A DNA stretch of 64,000 nt from Podarcis melisellensis (Eukaryota). The notes under the pieces were generated by a model. The model was given only the letters and a program-made list of their open reading frames with translations. It was not told the origin of the DNA and did not search any database. The position numbers and the translations under genes were made by a program. The stretch lies in NCBI GenBank assembly GCA_964234715.1, contig OZ174282.1. One strand, 5' to 3'. Shown here piece by piece: positions 46,991 through 59,991 of this stretch; within the stretch, counting starts at the first letter, position 1, and each line of letters starts with the position of its first letter.

Positions 46991-49479
46991 AAGGATGGGC
47001 ATGGGGAACATCAGGCCTGGGGCCAAATACAGCCATCCAGGACTCCTTGTCCTGACCATTGAACTCTGACTGGAATGCACCCTTGAACTGTGACGATGAT
47101 GCTTGCTTGTCTGGCTGGAGGTGTGTGTGTGCATCTGTGTACAAACCCCTAGCTCAGTCAGTAAATCATAAATCTCTTAATCCCAGGGACATTGGTTAGA
47201 GACCCTCGGGGTTCCCTTCTAAGTCTACAGTTCTGTGATTTTATGACTTCTGTGTGGTTGGGATGTAGTCTACTGTAAAAGTCACATTGATTACTCCTCC
47301 CACTTTTGGCTCTGGCCCTACCCATCACGGGCATGTGCCCCCTGTCCCAAAGGTTGCTCATTAGGGAATGCAGCCCTTGGGCTGAAAAACCTTCCCCACC
47401 CTTGACACAGAAGTTCATTGGAGGTTTTGCACAGAGCAGGCTCAGTACCATGACGTAGAGGTAGAAAAACAGGTTTAGAAATTGCTAATAAGGGAATTAG
47501 ATGGGAAATGAATGGCAGCACTGGGAAGGGTCTAGACTTTCAGGGCACTTTCAGAATGAATGAAAGAAGAGAAATAGTACAATAGTTGAAGCAAAAGTGT
47601 GGGAGGTCCAGAGAAAGGTTTTTTTTGTTTTTTAAAAGTGTGATGATGCCATGCCTTCTGAAGCAAGAAGGAACCAATAAGAGAAGAGAAGGAAATAATA
47701 TGAATGTTGGCTGTTTGTTGTGCATTGATTCTGATTTGTTTGTGGAGAGGTTAGACAACATTCCATCAAGCAATTGTTATCCTATACCTTACAGTGCATA
47801 TCTATATGGCATATTTCCTTGTTGGAAAAAGACCGCTTCTTTTTTGGAGGGCGGGGAGTGAGGTTGTTGCACATGAGTACTAATGCATTTTAATTGTGCA
47901 ACCAGAATTTGCTGGCATGTGATTGAATCCCACCCCAAATAGCAATTAGTCCTCTAGTGGGATGGGAGGAGATGCAGAAGGCACCTGGTAATAATGAAGA
48001 ATGCATGATTTATTGATAAAATATTGAGAGAAGAAAATTGCTTATCAAAAAATAAAGCTGAGGAGTAGGTTGAAAGCATGAATTTATAATGAAGTTATTC
48101 CACCTTTTTTTTTAGTTTATTAGAGAATGATGGGAGGTTGGGGAGCTGCAGTTTTTGGTGCCAGCCATGAAATCTCAAAACATGATGTTTCAGCCACAGG
48201 TTGCCTCTTTTATTGGAATATATCTGGAAGAACTTTGTCTCTTGAGGAGATTAGGAATGGATCCTTCTTCTTATCAATGAGTATTCCTTAACATAAGAGC
48301 ATCTTAAGACTTCTGACATGTGTTTCATGTGGGCATAAGTAATGCACCAGTTAGTTTGTGCAGCGTGATGCAGTGCGCGTGCACACACACAAAAGTTGGA
48401 AGCCCTGTTGGACCCAGCATAGACCAGGAGATCCCAGAACAGTGTCATGTGTCAGCCAGTCAACTTGAGCTATGAAGGTGTTCATCTGCTGTTGTTTGTA
48501 AGGAATCCCTCAACAGCAGATGAAGCAGTCAGTTTCTAATAATTGTAAGTGCTCAGTAGCCTGGCTTGCTTAGTCTAATTGGGCTCTGTATAGGTTTATT
48601 GTGCATGTTTATGTCTAATACTTGCTGTGCAACCTATACAACCCACAGTCTTCACCCTTCACACACTTATTGTCCCCAAATTCACAAAGAGAAGCTCCCC
48701 CTGGCACCCTTTCCCTCCAAGCATGTATACAAATATAACCGCAAACACAGATGACTTTGAAAAATGACTAGATCAATTCATGGAGGACAGTTCTATTCAG
48801 GGGCAATTGGCCATCATGATTAAGGACTGAACATTCATGCACTTCCAATTAGCCAATGATTTGGGCATAAACACACCACCCTCACTCTGATGCCTTTGAG
48901 CTTCTGAGTGGCATCAGTCTGGTCACTGTTGGGGAAACATTGTTGATGTGCCTACTTTATCTATGTGTCATCCCTGTTGTGTATGCCACTTTGTGAGGCA
49001 ATGGTCCTAAATGACAGCCCATATGTCTAGCAGATAAACAAATAATGGCTTATCTACACTTACCTTTCCTCTACTCTTTCCAGGCATGGTCTGTGATTTA
49101 ATGCTCTGTGTCCGAGTGCCCTTTCTTTTCTCTGGCAGTCCATGGAAAACATTTGCTCCACTGAGCATTGAAGAGCGGGTTTTTGTGAGGAAATATCTCA
49201 GGCAAAAACAAAACAAATACCAATGCCTGGACATGAAGCTTTTAAGCAGAGACCTGGGCCTGGAAAGAACAGGGCAAAATATAAGTGTGGATAAGTCCCC
49301 TGTGGTGACAGCAGGAACAGAGGGAACAAAGGGAGCTACCACCTTCTAGAGGTGGTTGCCATGTTGGCTGTTGTAGCAAAAAATCAGGAGTCTTCTGATG
49401 CCTTTTTTCCCATCTACTCCCTCTCCTTTCTACATCCATGTCTCCCTCTCACCTTCTCTCTCTGCCAGCTCAGGCCAAC

Positions 49480-49580
49480 ACTTCATGCATCTGAGAAAGT
49501 GGGCTCTAGTCCATCCATGCAATCTCCTTTCTCAATAAATCTGTTAGCTTTTAAGATGCCATAACAAGTCTCCCTGTTGC
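49480..49580 (+). mobile_element. decayed Penelope pseudo-LTR
   Basis: gcatctgagaaagtgggctctagtcca...aataaatctgttagcttttaagatgcc parallels 14086-14157; hammerhead GAAA lost. Confidence 0.55.
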
Positions 49581-50076
49581 TTCCCCATGAGTCAGTCCAC
49601 ATCTAGGTTGAAAGCAATATTAGTAGGTGGTTGAATAGTCTGGCTGCTTGACTAAGTCAAGTGTTTTGTCTGTGCATTATGCGTTAATAAGGGAGTTGAA
49701 TAGGAGAGGTTTGCTGTGAGCCTTTTCCACTCTCACCAACCAGTCATCTTATGGCAATGGACACAAGAACACAAGAAGAACCTGCTTTCTTGTCCAGCAT
49801 CCTCTTCTCATGGTGGCCAACCAGATGCAGGTGGGAAACCCTCAAACAGTTCCTTCCTGTCCAGAATCCAGATTCTAACAGAGGATTGCTAGTCCCACAG
49901 GCTCACAACTGGAGCATGAAACGATGCTTTCTACAAATCTGTGGTGTGACCACACTTGAAATGCCATGTGCACTTCTGGTCACAGCACATCAAAAATGAT
50001 ATTGTGGAGCTGGAAAATGTTCAGAAAAGAGCAACCAAAGTGATCAAGGTTGGAGCAACTCTATGGGGAAAGGTTA

Positions 50077-50080
<4 letters not shown>

Positions 50081-50125
<45 letters not shown>

Positions 50126-50411
50126 CTGCCCTATACCTGGGGGTCTCAGGGAGTTCACATAATAAAATCAAGATATAAAACCACAAAATACCTAATAAAA
50201 ATAAAAACAACAACCCAATAGCCCCCCCAACACATTTTAAAAGGACATAGGATGTAAACTGGATCGACCAAAGGCCTGGTTAAAAAGGAACGTTTTTGCC
50301 TGGCGCCTAAAGGTGTATAATGAAGGCGCCAGGTGAACATCCCTGGGAAGAGCATTCCACAGATGGGGAGCCACTGCAGAGAAGGCCCGTTCTCGTGTTG
50401 CCACCCTCCGA
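50081..50411 (-). mobile_element. L2 LINE 3' end
   Basis: (TTA)n tail; cgggccttctctgcagtggctccccatctgtggaatgctcttccc (RAFSAVAPHLWNALP); TSD acatt 50076-80 / 50412-16. Confidence 0.88.
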
Positions 50412-50685
50412 ACATTTAGGGCTTTTTAGTTTAGAGAAAAGGCAAGTAAGAGATGCTATAATGGAAGCTTATGAAATTATGCATGTCATGAAGAGAGTGG
50501 ATGGAGAAAAGTTTTTTCTCCTCTCATAACACTGGAACTGATGGACATCCAATGAAGGTGAGTGTTGGAAGATTCAGGACATATGACAGAAAGTACTTTG
50601 CCATGCAGCACATAGTTAAATGATAGAATTCACTCCCACTTTAGGTAGTGATGGCTAGCAATTTGGATGGCTAGCAATTCATGGA

Positions 50686-51524
50686 TGTCAGGCTTGGGGG
50701 ATTCTTTCCTCCCTCAGCAGCATCAAGGATCAAAGAAGTTCATATTTATGGTTTTATTTAGTTCTCGTGGCGCAAGACAAGAATCCAGTCCTTAACTCCA
50801 TCATGACGCTGCTCACTCTGCGCTCCTCCTCTTCTTTCCCCAGCAACAGCCTGTGGCCCTATGAGTGGCCTCAGGAGTCAAATGTCTTTGAGCCCTTTGC
50901 TCTTGAATTCTAAGTGAGCTTTGAGTATGCAGAGATGGTGGCGCTTCTATTCTTTCCACAGGTGTCTCTGCTGGCAGCTCTCCCACTTCCCCTCCTTCTC
51001 CTAACACCTCATAACTTGGAAGCTCTGGGTTCTGCTGCAATTCATATTTTTTTAAATAAATTTTTGTAAGTTTTTTTAAACATATTATTTCCAACAGTAA
51101 TTAAACATACTTTTACATCGTATGCCATTTTTTTACTTCCATCAATCACATCTGAAAATTTTCCAATCTATTCACTTAATATACATTTACATTCGCTATT
51201 ACATTTAAGTCTCATATCTAATATGTCTATTCTTTCTCTACTTTGCAATATTTCATATGCTTCTTCTTACAAAACATCTTGTAGTCCTACTAGCGTAATT
51301 TGTTGATTACAGTTGCTCTTCAAATAGTTCGTATGTTTCTTCCAATCTTCTGTGAATCTCTGGTCCCTCAGGTTTCGGATCCTTCCGGGTTCTGCTGCAA
51401 TTCAAGCCTGTCTCCCTCTTCTTTTGAAACTACTGGAGAAGGGGGGCGGCGACCCTTCTCTGAGGGAAGCAAAGGAAGAGGAGGGGGCAATTCCCAGCCT
51501 TCCCCTTCAGTCCAGTTCCTGACA
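50686..51524 (-). mobile_element. solo-LTR-like element containing an L1 insertion
   Basis: tgtcagg...cctgaca 7-bp terminal IR; AATAAA on the minus strand ~70 bp from the end; no clean TSD. Confidence 0.7.
51045..51383 (-). mobile_element. L1 LINE 3' end
   Basis: exact 18-bp TSD gggttctgctgcaattca (51027-44 / 51387-404); RIRNLRDQRFTEDWKKHTNYL ORF2 end; A-rich tail. Confidence 0.85.
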
Positions 51525-51536
51525 TCAGATGATAAA

Positions 51537-51758
51537 CAGAGGCATATCTAGGCTACCTTGTGCCCTTGGCACGGAGCTTCCAGAGCAGCCCGTTCGCCTT
51601 GCCGGGCAGGGCAGCAGACAGGCAACCTGGAGAGGATGTGGATATGTGGGCAGCTCCTAGACTCTCTGAGCCAGAGTAGAGAGGCATGATTTTTGCTTCT
51701 CCCCTAGGCTTGCACCCTTGGTGGACGCCAACCTAACCAGCCTCCAGGTACGCCCCTG
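51537..51758. mobile_element. hAT MITE
   Basis: TIR cagaggcatatct / aggtacgcccctg (differences are transitions only); TSD atgataaa / atgataat. Confidence 0.7.
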
Positions 51759-51835
51759 ATGATAATGGCTATCAATGGTTACTAGTCATGATGGCTATTT
51801 TCTGCCTCCACTGCCTCACAGCATCTCTCTGAATA

Positions 51836-52041
51836 CAGTGGTACCTTGGGTTAAGAACTTAATTTGTTCTGGAGGTCCGTTCTTAACCTGAAACTGTTTT
51901 TAACCTGAGGGACCACTTTAGCTAATGGGCCTCCCACTGCCGCCGCACAATTTCTCTTCTCACCCTGAAGCAAACACGAGGTACTATTTCTGGGCTAGTG
52001 GAGTCTGTAACCTGAAGTGTCTGTAACCCGAGGTACCACTG
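51836..52041 (+). mobile_element. Tigger/pogo-like MITE
   Basis: TA TSD, TIRs; inserted in the CR1 3' UTR. Confidence 0.9.
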
Positions 52042-53574
52042 TACAAGTTGCTGGGAATCGCAGGTGGGGAGAGTGCTGTGGCACTCAGGTCCTGCTTGTG
52101 TGCTTCATCCTGGGGCATCTGGTTGGCCACTGTGAGAACAGGATGCTGGACTCGATGGCTCCTTGGCCTGATCCAGCAGGCTCTTCTTATGCTTTTATAT
52201 TCACGAAAACAGCTGCCTTGCCGCAGTTGTAGATCCTGCCCCCCTCACCCCAGTTTTCAGTGGCAAGTTCAGACTTCAAACTTATGCTCTCAATGCAAAG
52301 ATCTGGCATCTTTTATTAAGTGAAATGCTGAGAAAATGAATTTTTCACTTACCGCAGGGTGCTGGCAAGGTGATGATCAATAAATAAAATCTAAAGAACT
52401 TTAATTACTCCAAATTGTAGCCCACTTTTAATTACTTCACCTGAACCTTGCAATTGATTTTTAAACTTTCACCTCTGATTTTTAGATGGAGAAAGAAAGC
52501 TGGTTGCCTCTGCCAAGGCTGCAGCTGAAACGAGCTGAGCAATTGTTCTTCCCCTTTTAATAAAAGTGACTTGCAGCTTAATCCTATACTTGTCTACTCA
52601 AAAGTCAATCTCACTTACTTTCTGTTGGGACTTCTGGTTAGGGCTGGATGAATCAGCCTATTTCTCACCTGTGTCAATTTCAGTTGTCTTTAATCATAAC
52701 TCCATCCTATTTCTGCATTAATCTTTTTTTAAAAAAAGAAGTTTGTGTATTTAAAATGTGTATTTAAAGAAACATTTACATGCATACATATTTACATACA
52801 TATCACAAAATTAGTATTCTATCTTAATACTCACATTTCTAAGCACACATTATCTCCAAATGTGCATTTTGGTATGTTTTTAGACTTGAGCAGAGTAGCA
52901 CGAAATCTGGAAAAGTGTTAAATGCAAAGGATAATTACATTCCAATCCATGTGCTATTCCAGGAGGTGTAAATTAAGCAAATTAAGTCAGTTTGCATTAA
53001 AAAAATGGAACAAACGAGGTTCTGCTTCCAGGTCAGCTTATATGTTGAAACAGGGAGATAAAAGCTGTTCTGGAGCCCGTCTAAGCCAAGGTGCAGAATA
53101 CCCAAGACTGGGCCCCGAGGCAGAACATTTCACAAGAGCCTCTCCCCAGCATTAAAAATGATAATAGCATTAAAAATTAAGAATTTGCTGCCCTTTCATG
53201 ACACCCGGAATCAGTTACCTGAGGCGGTTATCACCGCACTCAGTCTAATGATAGCCTGTTTTAAGTCTATTGTTTAGACTTAAATTTTGAAGCTTTTGAA
53301 TTATTATTGTTAATTTTTCTTATCATTTTCTTTAATCCGCATTTAATTTTTCCTTCCAATTAAGCAGTGTATCAATTTTACTAAATAAACAATGAACAGT
53401 CCAGCCCTATCTATTTGCTTCTAAAAACACACAGAGGGAAGAAAGACATGATTTGCCTGCACTTGTTGTCAGTGCAGAGAGGGATCTGGTTGGCTGAAAA
53501 CAGCAAGGAAATGTAGCCACTGGGTGAGGTTTCCCTGCCCTCAGTTGATCATATGAACTCAGTCTAATCAACTG

Positions 53575-53935
53575 GGTTTGAGAGCCTGTGGGGAACCCAC
53601 AAGTGAGCAAAAGAGCCCTTTCTCTTACTGTGGTTTCCAGTAGCTGTTATTTCGAAGCCTTGCTGTCTTCAACTGTGGAGGCAGAGTGTAGCCATCATGG
53701 CTAGTAGCCATTGATAGCTTTATCCTTGCCCATAAATCTGCCCAATCCTCTTTGAAAGCCATCCAAGTTGGTGCCCCCACTGTCTCCTGTGGGAGTGAGT
53801 TCCATAGTTTAACTATGTGAAGAAGGACTGTCTCGAGTCTTCCAACATCCAGCTTCATCATATGTCCATGAGTTTTATTGTTACAAGAGAGGGAAGAAAA
53901 CTTTTCTCTCTTCACTTTCTCAATGGCATGCATCT
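53575..53935 (-). mobile_element. CR1 3' fragment
   Basis: HIVKLWNSLPQETV motif. Confidence 0.85.
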
Positions 53936-55061
53936 TTCGAACATTACATTTCCTCCATATCCTGGTCCTAAATGCTTCAAGTCCTTCGAAATGCATGTGA
54001 GAAGAGACACTCCTGAATGCAGGTCTCTCTCTCTGTGGGTGGCCAGTGGGTACGGCCTCCCCCTTTAATGTAAATTTCTCCCCACCTTTCCTGTCCAGAC
54101 CCTTTTCTGATCACCAAATTCCCAGCAGCTGCCTGTCTCCTGTGGAGGATGATGTGTGCTGGGGACATGGGCTGCTGGACAAGGAAAACTTGCCGTCCCT
54201 TTCCTTGCGCTTCTCTCTGTGCTGTACATCGTGCTTGTAATTAATCATTCACCAGCCCTGGGAAACTTGGCATTGTTTAGAGGGAGTAATTATATCTCGC
54301 TCTCTTCTGCGGTGTCTGTCTCTCTCCCCTCCCTGTTCCAAGATGGCCTCTCCAGCAAGTGGAAAAGAAAAACTTTGACAAGTTGATCAATGGGGCCTGC
54401 AGCAGAGTCTGCTGGGGGAAGTAAGCTCTGCTTAAGTGGAGAGAGAGGTAATTAGAGCAGAGAAAGGGGATCAAGAGGAACATCTGGGCCAATGGAACAC
54501 CAGGCCTGGTTCTGGGAAGGCTGCCTGACACCAGAGAAGGAAGAAAGGGGCTCTTTAGCCTCTCCAGTTTGCTGCACTCCCCCACCCATCATGTGAGTTC
54601 AAAGCAATATCCATAATTCAGAGGGCTCCTAACTCACTCCTCTACTTTACCAGCACACCATCCTCACAAGTCCCACACGGTATCAGGTATTTCATAGATG
54701 GAGCATGGATAGTTCCCTTTGTAAGAGGGAAACTTGAAGAGGTCTTTAGCGACGGGTTGTTGCTTGGTCACACCAGCTGTTTGGGGGCTGGATGGCAGGG
54801 TAGCAAAAACAGAGAAATCTTCCCTGGCTCAGATTTTGTGTAGCTCAAGAAGGTCACTTGATGCAAACACTACTGCGTTCCAGCAGCTCATCTCGTGCCC
54901 GGGGCTCTGTAACCTTTGCAGACATCTCTCCTTGCATGGTACAGTCTCCATTAACTGTGTGACAGGATGTCCTGCTCCAGTTGAAAAGGATAGAGGGCCC
55001 AGCCTTCCACAATCAGAATACCCCTCCATGTCCATTCTCAAGTTCTGTTTGGGGATACAAG

Positions 55062-55161
55062 GGGTGGTATTCCACTAAGCTTCCCTCAGAGGACATGATT
55101 AAGTTAGGTCCATTACTTTCAGGGGGGTCTCCTCTGAGTGAAACTTAGTTGAACACCACCC
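55062..55161. mobile_element. short palindromic MITE
   Basis: gggtggtattccactaag...ctcagagga / tcctctgag...cttagttgaacaccaccc. Confidence 0.65.
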
Positions 55162-55400
55162 AAGGTCTCATTTGAGCTTTGGCCCTTTCGGAGGAACCTA
55201 GATATCACTGGCCTGGATGGTTTGCCTCTGGAACACATTGCCCAGAACACATTGCCCAGAACAGCCACTTGCTTCTCCTAGCCAGATGATGCCTGCTCAA
55301 GGTGCTGGTTGTTTGGGGAGAGTTCTTCAGGATCTTCTGGGCTCCCAGCTTTGCTAGAGCCAAACAGGCTGAGAAAGGAGCCTGCTTCAGAATCCTAGAT

Positions 55401-55748
55401 AAAGGTAAAGGTACCCCTGACCATTAGGTCCAGTCGTGGATGACTCTGGGGTTGTGGCGCTCATCTCATTCTATAGGCCGAGGGAGCCAGTGTTTGTCCA
55501 CAGACAGCTTCTGGGTCATGTGGCCAGCATGACTAAGCCACTTCTGGTGAACCAGAGCAGTGCACGGAAACACCATTTACCTTCCAGCTGGAGCGGTACC
55601 TATTTATCTACTTGCACTTGACGTGCTTTCGAACTGCTAGGTGGGCAGGAGCTGGGACCGAACATTGGGAGCTCACCCTGTCGTGGGGATTCGAACCGCC
55701 GACTTTCTGATCGGCGAGCCCTAGGCTCTGTGGTTTAGACCACAGCAC
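55401..55748 (-). mobile_element. Sauria SINE, near full length
   Basis: tRNA-like head gtgctgtggtctaaacc...ggttcgaatcc; central gcttagtcatgctggccacatgacc; (ACCTTT)n tail. Confidence 0.95.
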
Positions 55749-56831
55749 AAAAAACGAAGCCTTGACAGGGACTCTACTTCTGTTGGTTGTGATTTTTCTT
55801 TCACGGAAGGAGGTTGAACAGCAACACATCAGGCTGCATGAGAAAATTCCTGGGGTTGTACAGGCGGGAAACAAATGCATCCTCCATGTGGAACGCGACT
55901 GGATAATTAGAGGCAAGAAGTCAAAAGTACAGTGGAGCATTCCCCATTTTGCCTCTACATAAGCTAGGAAGAGATGCAGGAAACGTATTCTTCCTTCCAC
56001 TCCAGTGATGCTCTACAGCCTCAGACATCACTGTAGAGTCCCATGAAAGGGAGGCTTGTCATGGGTACATCCCTATCAGCTTCCACAGCCTGGCTTTCTT
56101 GCTTCCCTCTCACCCTCCCCTCTCTACTCCTCAGTCTTTCAGGCATGGTCCTTTGATGCTGTCAGCTATGTGACAGCTCCCATTTTCAAGCCTTCTCTTC
56201 TGCCTATAAATATATGTATTCTCTGCTCCGGTACCTGGAAACTGAAAGTTTTGACTGGTTCATCTCTGCTTGAATTACAATATATCAAAGGCGAGCAAAA
56301 CTCTTGCGGAATACTGAAATCCAGTTGGAGTTGCCGGAGGGGCCGGCTCTCCCTTCCCGTCTTCAGTATGGCTGCTGAAGGGGCCCATGAGCATGATGGG
56401 AGCAGAGATCAAAGAGTACTGGGGAAGGGAAGGAGCTCCAGGCAGCTCTTCCGAGCAGCTCGCAGGTCAAAGTGAGAAGCATTTGCTGCAAGCATCAGGA
56501 GCCAAAGGCAAGGGAAAGCACTGCAAAAATTTGGGGTGGTGCCTGGATTTCAGAATGCGGAAAAGTTTTAAAATGTGCGATGATGATTTATTTCCTATTT
56601 CCATAAAAGTAATCTTACAGCCCACGCATAAGGCTACTTTGCAGATAGTGGCCGTGTCAGATTTCAGCTGGGGAGGGACAGGTGACACATACAGAGTTTG
56701 GATGGAGTGGGGACAAATTTCTCAGCAAAATTGGGGTGTGTGTCTTCCATTGCAAAAACTACAATGTATTTAAAAGAGTGTTTGTTGTAATTAGTCCCTA
56801 AAGACAAAATATTTATCATCAATGCAAAACA

Positions 56832-57051
56832 NNNNNNNNNNNNNNNNNNNNNNNNNNNNNNNNNNNNNNNNNNNNNNNNNNNNNNNNNNNNNNNNNNNNN
56901 NNNNNNNNNNNNNNNNNNNNNNNNNNNNNNNNNNNNNNNNNNNNNNNNNNNNNNNNNNNNNNNNNNNNNNNNNNNNNNNNNNNNNNNNNNNNNNNNNNNN
57001 NNNNNNNNNNNNNNNNNNNNNNNNNNNNNNNNNNNNNNNNNNNNNNNNNNN
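56832..57051. other. assembly gap (220 N)
   Basis: run of N. Confidence 1.
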
Positions 57052-59716
57052 GAGTGGCCTGGGGTCAGTGTACAATGATTTGTGATGGCATATAGATCTG
57101 GTGAGTTGGTAAAGTACTCAAAATTGGGAACCCGTGGCTCTCCAAATATTGGTGAACTGACACTCCCATCATTCTTGAGCATTGGCAATGCTGGCTGGGG
57201 CTGATGGGAACTGGAGTCCAACGACAGCTGGAGAGCCAATGGTTAGTCGCCTGTGTGCTAGAGCCAACTACAAATTTCTGAGCTCCTTTGCAGCTCCAAG
57301 CTGTCTCTCTCCTAGCTTTCAGGCACTGTGACCACTTTATGAACCTTAATGCACTCATCTCTGTTGTTCAATCTCCTCCTCCTTATTGTTGCCTAAGGTG
57401 TACAGAGTTTGTGAGGAGTAGCTGGCTCTCCCTTACCTACAGACATTGTACTTTGACTATCTTCAGACATTCAGTTTTCCAACTCCTGGAAAATAGTGGG
57501 ATCCAGCTTCTTTGGGTGTTCTACTTTCAAGAATCTCAGAAAAAGATGAGTCCTTGGGATCTGCTTTGTTGACTGAAGGTTGGAGTTGGAGCATGACAGG
57601 AATGGGGAACTTAACTGAGCTGGAGGCCCAGGAATAGCATCTCCTTGACAATCAAAATGACTTTTGCTCCTCAGATGGAAAATCTATATAGTACTCCCAA
57701 ATAAATACTTCTGTTGATAATAAATCATGCTACTGCCTAAGCTTATGCATGTTTACTCAGATCAGAGATATGTCTCACTGTATTCAGTGGGGCTTACTCC
57801 CAGGTAAGGATGCATAGAATTGGAGCATATACAACAAGGACAAAAAGAAAGAAAGTTAGAAGACAGAAAAGTATTGTTCTTTTCTACTTACAAGGCCCAA
57901 CTCTCATGCTTGGGATAATGGAGAAAAATTCTGGAAATTAGAGGAGTTCCCACAGGTGTCCTCTGATACGCCCACCTAATCTCTCTTCTCCTTGCCCCAC
58001 TGTGGCAGCAGCAAGACCCCATATGTCTTAGTGACTTTGGAGGTTAGGATGCTCTTTTCCTTCACAGGCAATCAGAGAGAATTATGGCTAATAGCATGCA
58101 AATTACCTTCTGGCCTAAGGAACAGAGTACTTTAGCTGCCACCTTCTAGTTCTGCCATAACAGCCTGAAAGCTCCTGAAGAACCCTTGAGTTTCTTCTTT
58201 AAAATTCTTTTCTGTTAATTTCCTTTTCACCCAGGGTGCCTTGCTTGGCACATTTTACATTGAGGCTTTCATGTGGTTACAAAAAGGAAAACTGTCTCAT
58301 CCTACTTCCATGAGAGGTAGGAAAATCCCTGTCTCTTTTTTAATATCTCAAACTTTTGTACCAAACTTTCCATGCTAGCTTCTGCTGACCATTTGCAGCG
58401 GGGAGAGGTGGCAGCCCTCCTGAGAAATCAGGTGCTACTTTCAAAAATTGGGGTGACTCCAATAATTTTCATAAATATTTGGAGTGGGTGGGAGTGCTTA
58501 CTTGTTTCAAGTGACAAAGTGCCTGGGGTGGTGGTGGTTTCTTTGCTCTTAAAACACCCAGACCCTTGGACCTAGAAACACAGCCCTCTGGGACTTCTGA
58601 TTCTTTTCCCAGGTCACATCCCTCCCCAGCTTTACTTTGCATCCTCCTTGAATGTTTTGGCTGTTTGGAATGTGTCCCTGAACTCTGATAATGCTTCTTG
58701 CTTACCTGGATGGGGGATAGAGAAGTGCATATGAGCAGGTGTAAAAACCAGTGTACTCTACAAAGGGAATATTCACATTTGTTTCTGTACCCACTTTTGC
58801 CTCTGGTCTTGCCTACCACTGGAATGTGGCCCCTGGGAGGTTGCCCAGGATAGAATGTGGCCCTCAGACAGAAAATTGTTCCACCCTGCCTTACATGTTT
58901 GCCACCCAGCACCCTTTGCCATCTCCAGCTGCATTTAATGTCTTCTAAAACTTGTATGATCCCCACACAGCTCTTTCTGCAGTGCAGTTTCCCAGGGCTG
59001 CTTCTGGGACCAAATTCACTTGGAACAAAATACATCTTGGAGGCTGCAGAGGGAGCTGGGCAGAAACTGTGCAAAGTTTAATAAGAATAATAATAAAGGA
59101 AATGCAGCTGGAGTGCTACAAAGAGGAATCTATTGCAACTTGTTTTTTAAAAAGAGCAAGGAAAACCACCTGGCCAACTCATCCCCTGAACTCCATCCTT
59201 GAATCCTCTGGAAAATTGCCATTTCAGTTCAAAAACAGCCAAAGTTCCCTTCACATTTTCATGGAGGTGGTGGAGGAGGCAGCAACACGAATGGTCTTTA
59301 TACACAAATATAGAAGAAGAGCACAGATGAAGCAAGCAGGCTCTTAAAGCAGGTAACATAAACACAAATCTTGCATCGGACTTCCAAAGAGTCACAGCGT
59401 AGTCCTGAAACCTGCTTCTCATTCTGCTACAGTCATAGCTCCCTGTCTCTCCAATCTTGATCTGCACCACTTGCTGATAGACGTGACATTTCAAAGATCG
59501 GAGAGATGTTCCTAAACATTAAGGAACATTACATTCTTTTGTTGAGCCCTCAGTCACCTGTTTGTAGCCAGGTAGGCAAAAGTGGAGCGAGTGGCCCAGT
59601 CCCAAAATTCAAGACAGAAAAATGCAGGTGGCAGACTCATTTGGAATTAGGTTTATGAAGGGTTTGTATGTGTGTGTGTGTCGGAAATGAGCATTCAATT
59701 CAGCATTCTTTGACAG

Positions 59717-59852
59717 CAGGGGTAGCCAATGTGGTGCCCTCCAGATGTTGTCAAACTCCAACTCCCATCAGCCTAGCCAACCTGGCCAAAGGTCAGGGAT
59801 GATGAGAGATGTAGTCCACAGCATCTGGAGGGCATGATCTTGGCTACCCCTG
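59717..59852. mobile_element. palindromic hAT MITE (136 bp)
   Basis: TIR caggggtagccaa / ttggctacccctg (13/13); same family as 12118. Confidence 0.85.
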
Positions 59853-59991
59853 CTTTACAAGCTGAGACCAAACTATTTCAGTTCTAGTGTTATGCAGAGT
59901 GTGCAAAACATGGCTTGTGAATTTCTTTAGAGAGTAGACTTTACCTTTAATTGCAGAATATGAATATGAAAATAGAAAAGTTGTTTATTAT

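Larger units (their letters stand above)
49940..52192 (+). mobile_element. CR1 LINE 3' region hosting nested insertions
   Basis: DIVELENVQKRATKVIK...LGLFSLEKRQ; colinear segments 49940-50080, 50412-50685, 51759-51835, 52042-52192; ctcttcttatg tail. Confidence 0.85.

Noticed and set aside
49120-49349. Possible coding exon after a strong acceptor (ctttcttttctctggcag, 49138)
   Set aside because: No recognisable protein, no convincing donor, no partner exons. It cannot be excluded without RNA-seq.
49480-49580. Third hammerhead ribozyme
   Set aside because: The core is mutated (CUGAGAA) and GAAA is missing.
55680-55748. tRNA genes (also at 17400-17460 and 39530-39592)
   Set aside because: The A and B boxes are SINE heads continuing into SINE bodies; no complete cloverleaf.
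58469-59074. 201-aa ORF (also the 197-aa ORF at 62435-63028)
   Set aside because: They run through MITE or CR1 sequence, use non-ATG starts and have no motifs.
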